A stretch of 64,000 nucleotides of DNA from a virus. Shown piece by piece: positions 61,525 through 64,000 of this stretch (position 1 is the first letter of the stretch; the number at the start of each line of letters is the position of its first letter). The notes under the pieces are model-generated. The model saw only the letters and a list, made by a program, of their open reading frames with translations. It ran no database searches and was not told the origin of the DNA. The stretch spans positions 6,650 through 70,649 of the IMG/VR virus record IMGVR_UViG_3300032093_000087. The stretch is one strand, 5' to 3'. A program made the translations under genes and the position numbers.

Positions 61525-61898
61525 GTTATATTTCTAGTTTCAAATAAGGATCATACACAATATATCATTTAAAAATACTGAATTATATACTGTATAATGT
61601 TGTGATTACCTTTCAAATAAGGATTATACACAATACGATGGGAAATTGTACAATTATATCCAAAGTTGTGATTACCTTTCAAATAAGGATCATACACAAT
61701 AACTTGTCCGAACATCCATAATACCATTGTGTTGTGATTACCTTTCAAATAAGGACCATACACAATGATGAAAAATTCAACATTTTGGGGACCCCAGTTG
61801 TGATTACCTTTCAAATAAGGATCATACACAATTTGGATCTAATGTTGATCTCATCATGACTGGTTGTGATTACCTTTCAAATAAGGATCATACACAAT
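61525..61898 (-). CRISPR. CRISPR array: 5 full 36-nt repeats plus 1 degenerate terminal repeat, 5 spacers
   Basis: Repeat (- strand) ATTGTGTATGATCCTTATTTGAAAGGTAATCACAAC at 61863-61898, 61797-61832, 61731-61766, 61665-61700, 61599-61634; degenerate copy at 61525-61561; unique spacers of 30, 30, 30, 30 and 37 nt; terminator directly after the degenerate copy. Confidence 0.97.
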
Positions 61899-62009
61899 GT
61901 GTATTTAGGAAACATGATAAATTGAAAGGCTCTTGTTGTCATATGAAACCCACAAAGTGAATTTCGACCACAATTAAATTGGATGTCACACCACCCAGTT
62001 TTTTGTTTC
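61899..62009 (-). ncRNA. Putative tracrRNA / omega-RNA-derived scaffold
   Basis: GCCTTTCAA (61922-61930) complementary to repeat TTGAAAGGT; ATCAT (61914-61918) to repeat ATGAT; TTGTGGT (61967-61973) to repeat 3' ATCACAA. Confidence 0.6.
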
Positions 62010-63257
62010 CTAATTTTTTAAATTGTCAAAGAACATTTTCTTACCTACGTCTCGAATGTTTAACGCTGCGTTGTAATCACGATCAATTACATTTTTACAG
62101 TTTTCACATTCCCAGACCCGGTCAGTTAAAAGTAGATTTTGATTTACCGAACCACAGTTATTACATTTCTTACTTGTGGGGTAATACCTATCCACCTTAA
62201 TTGTGTGTTTCCCGTTGGATTCACTTTTATATTCAATCATTTCACGTAACATTCCAAAACCTGAGTCCAGGATATTTCGATTTAGATTTGATTTTTGTTT
62301 TACATTTTTACCTGGGTTTTCTACGGTACCCTTATTTGATTTGGTCATTTCAACAACATCCAAATCCTCCATACAAATTAGGTCGTGCTCACCAACCAAT
62401 TTTTTAGATACATTATGAAGATAATGTTTACGACAATTAGCTATTTTCTCTTCTAAAATTCTAATCTTTTTACTTAACTTTTTCCAGTTATTAGAATACT
62501 TAACACATTTATCCCTTTTACTTTTTAATTTTGACAAATGGTTTAAATGTTTTTGTAAGTATCTTGGGTTTTCAATAACCTCATTGTCCGATGTAACGAC
62601 CAATGATTTAACACCAAGATCAATACCAACAACAGACTCAACATCAACCTTCTTGACCTCATTTACATATTCAACCATTATTGATACGTAGTACTTATCG
62701 TTTTTTCTGGAGATTGTATAGGTTTTTGGTGTACCGACAATAGGTCTATGGTATTCTACTTTAATATTACCAGTTATTTTGGGTAATGTTAACTTACCAT
62801 CTTCTTTTATTCCGTGTTTAAGTTTATTAGAACCAGTTAAATGTGTGGTGAAACTTTGTCTTGGGTGATTTTTTTTTCTAAAATCGGGAGGTGTTGGTTT
62901 TTTTAAATCTAAATTTGGATTTTTTTTAATCCTCTCGTTATATATTTTTAGTCTCTCGAAATAATTTGACCAACTACCACTTAAATATTTCATTTCGTCA
63001 AGATAAATCGTTGAGTCGTAATCATTTAAAAAGGGTGCTGATTTCCTATAGTTTGATATATGTGAGTTAAAACCAAAATGTGATAGATTTGGTTTACCAC
63101 CCAAAGAATATATTTGTCGGTCCAGGTCTATTGTTAGGTTCCTAACGTATCTAGCGGATTGTATCGCCCCCTCTATTTGTTTAATCTGGGTTTTATTGGG
63201 GTATATTCTATATTTGAACCCCTTATTAGATACTCCAACCTTTTTTTCTTTTTTCAC
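62010..63257 (-). CDS. tnpB: TnpB / Cas12f-like RNA-guided RuvC nuclease, CRISPR-adjacent
   Basis: N-terminal KGFKYRIYPN..Q; RuvC-I VGIDLG, RuvC-II CMEDL, Zn finger CNNC...CENC, RuvC-III DRDYNAALNI; all three catalytic acids present. Confidence 0.92.
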   Translation of the reverse strand: MKKEKKVGVSNKGFKYRIYPNKTQIKQIEGAIQSARYVRNLTIDLDRQIYSLGGKPNLSHFGFNSHISNYRKSAPFLNDYDSTIYLDEMKYLSGSWSNYFERLKIYNERIKKNPNLDLKKPTPPDFRKKNHPRQSFTTHLTGSNKLKHGIKEDGKLTLPKITGNIKVEYHRPIVGTPKTYTISRKNDKYYVSIMVEYVNEVKKVDVESVVGIDLGVKSLVVTSDNEVIENPRYLQKHLNHLSKLKSKRDKCVKYSNNWKKLSKKIRILEEKIANCRKHYLHNVSKKLVGEHDLICMEDLDVVEMTKSNKGTVENPGKNVKQKSNLNRNILDSGFGMLREMIEYKSESNGKHTIKVDRYYPTSKKCNNCGSVNQNLLLTDRVWECENCKNVIDRDYNAALNIRDVGKKMFFDNLKN

Positions 63258-63261
63258 AATA

Positions 63262-63293
63262 CAAATCTAGGAGTATTTTTTTTAATAGTCAAA
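63262..63293 (-). promoter_or_regulatory. Host-type promoter of the TnpB/CRISPR unit
   Basis: TTTGAC (63288-63293) and TAGATTTG (63262-63269), 4 nt before the GTG start. Confidence 0.6.
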
Positions 63294-63360
63294 TTATTTT
63301 GAAAAATTTCCAAAAATTTTTTTTCAGTATTTGGGTCTTATATAAAGAGGGGGTTCTAGT

Positions 63361-63795
63361 TTACCGGGGATAATGCTTCCTAACAAACTCATTTTTGTAT
63401 CTATCAATAATGAATTCGGAATATTCCTCCCACACCATAGTATTAAGTCTTGATATTCTATCCATGAAATAATATCTCTCATCCATGATCCGATCAAAAC
63501 AATCCGGTCGACTATATGTAAAACGGGGGTTATTCTTATCTACGTGGTTTAACATTACAGATATATTACAATCAAATAAATAATAATGGTGATCTATTAG
63601 TTTTGTGTTAATTTCCAGGTCATTCAAAACTAAGTTAACACAATTGGGGTAGGTTTTTGGAATATCCAATATATCCATTAATTTATCAATGCCCCCAGAT
63701 GATTTAATTGCGACACCAAGACCTTTTGTTTTAAGTAACTGTGAAAATAATTTTTTTAATTTCTTTTCCTGACTTTCTGTAATAATGTATTTCAT
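63361..63795 (-). CDS. Leader-family protein
   Basis: MKYIITESQEKKL; TATTTAT upstream. Confidence 0.75.
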   Translation of the reverse strand: MKYIITESQEKKLKKLFSQLLKTKGLGVAIKSSGGIDKLMDILDIPKTYPNCVNLVLNDLEINTKLIDHHYYLFDCNISVMLNHVDKNNPRFTYSRPDCFDRIMDERYYFMDRISRLNTMVWEEYSEFIIDRYKNEFVRKHYPR

Positions 63796-64000
63796 ATAAA
63801 GATAAATATTCTCAGGAAATAAAATAACTTCCCATAACTAATAATTAACGATAGTCTTGGGAAAGTAATAAAAACTATCTCATACTAAATTACCTTTTAA
63901 TCTCCAGATCTTTAAATGAGTCAGGATTCACAAACTCATTTGTTAGATGATTCATAACATCCCTAAAGATTTCCCCCTCTGTTTTATGTCCTTTCTCCCC

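Larger units (their letters stand above)
58570..61527 (-). repeat. Dispersed near-identical terminator hairpin (CCCCACCTCATCGGTGGGG + T tract) bounding gene cassettes
   Basis: Copies at ~58570, 59226 (variant), 59599, 60589 and 61501; related hairpins at ~51421, 56251, 49885, 44390 and 13544. Confidence 0.85.

Noticed and set aside
58570-61527. Repeated CCCCACCGATGAGGTGGGG hairpins as a second CRISPR array or as integron attC sites
   Set aside because: Spacing is gene-sized and irregular, each copy has a poly-T tail typical of a terminator, and there are no attC core sites or integrase in the window.
61569-61829. 86-aa ORF with repeated YDPYLKGNHN
   Set aside because: It is translation through the CRISPR array, whose 66-nt period keeps the frame open; not a credible gene.
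62010-63257. Annotating tnpB as an ordinary IS605/IS1341 mobile element
   Set aside because: No tnpA and no recognisable subterminal hairpins; the position of the right end is occupied by anti-repeat segments and the array. A cryptic left end cannot be fully excluded.
1-64000. Stop-codon reassignment, as seen in some large Bacteroidota phages
   Set aside because: Coding density is high under the standard code, and TAA, TAG and TGA all end recognisable genes at sensible positions.

Overview
AT-rich (roughly one-third GC), densely packed segment that looks like a large or jumbo phage genome. A Bacteroidota host is inferred from TAnnTTTG promoter boxes, lack of obvious Shine-Dalgarno sites and a Bacteroidota-like CRISPR repeat. 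Coding content: an N-domain-less ClpC-type ATPase, several cell-wall hydrolases and holin-like genes, glycosyltransferases, host-like enzymes (GuaC, hotdog thioesterase, FKBP, YceI) and a DUF262/HNH nuclease. RNA genes: a tmRNA with a non-canonical tag, an ~870-nt ORF-free structured RNA (GOLLD-like candidate) and a tRNA cluster with aberrant tRNA-like elements. About 25 otherwise unrelated proteins share an N-terminal 'MKKIIRLTESDL/MKYIITESQ' leader, and many sit in terminator/promoter-bounded cassettes. The top finding is at 61.5-63.3 kb. There an intact 415-aa TnpB-like RuvC nuclease is followed by a 111-nt region with two anti-repeat segments and a 6-repeat CRISPR array (36-nt repeats, mostly 30-nt spacers), with no tnpA or cas1/cas2 in the window. 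This is a candidate miniature phage type V system at the TnpB-to-Cas12 transition. All calls come from motif reading by eye; no searches were run.
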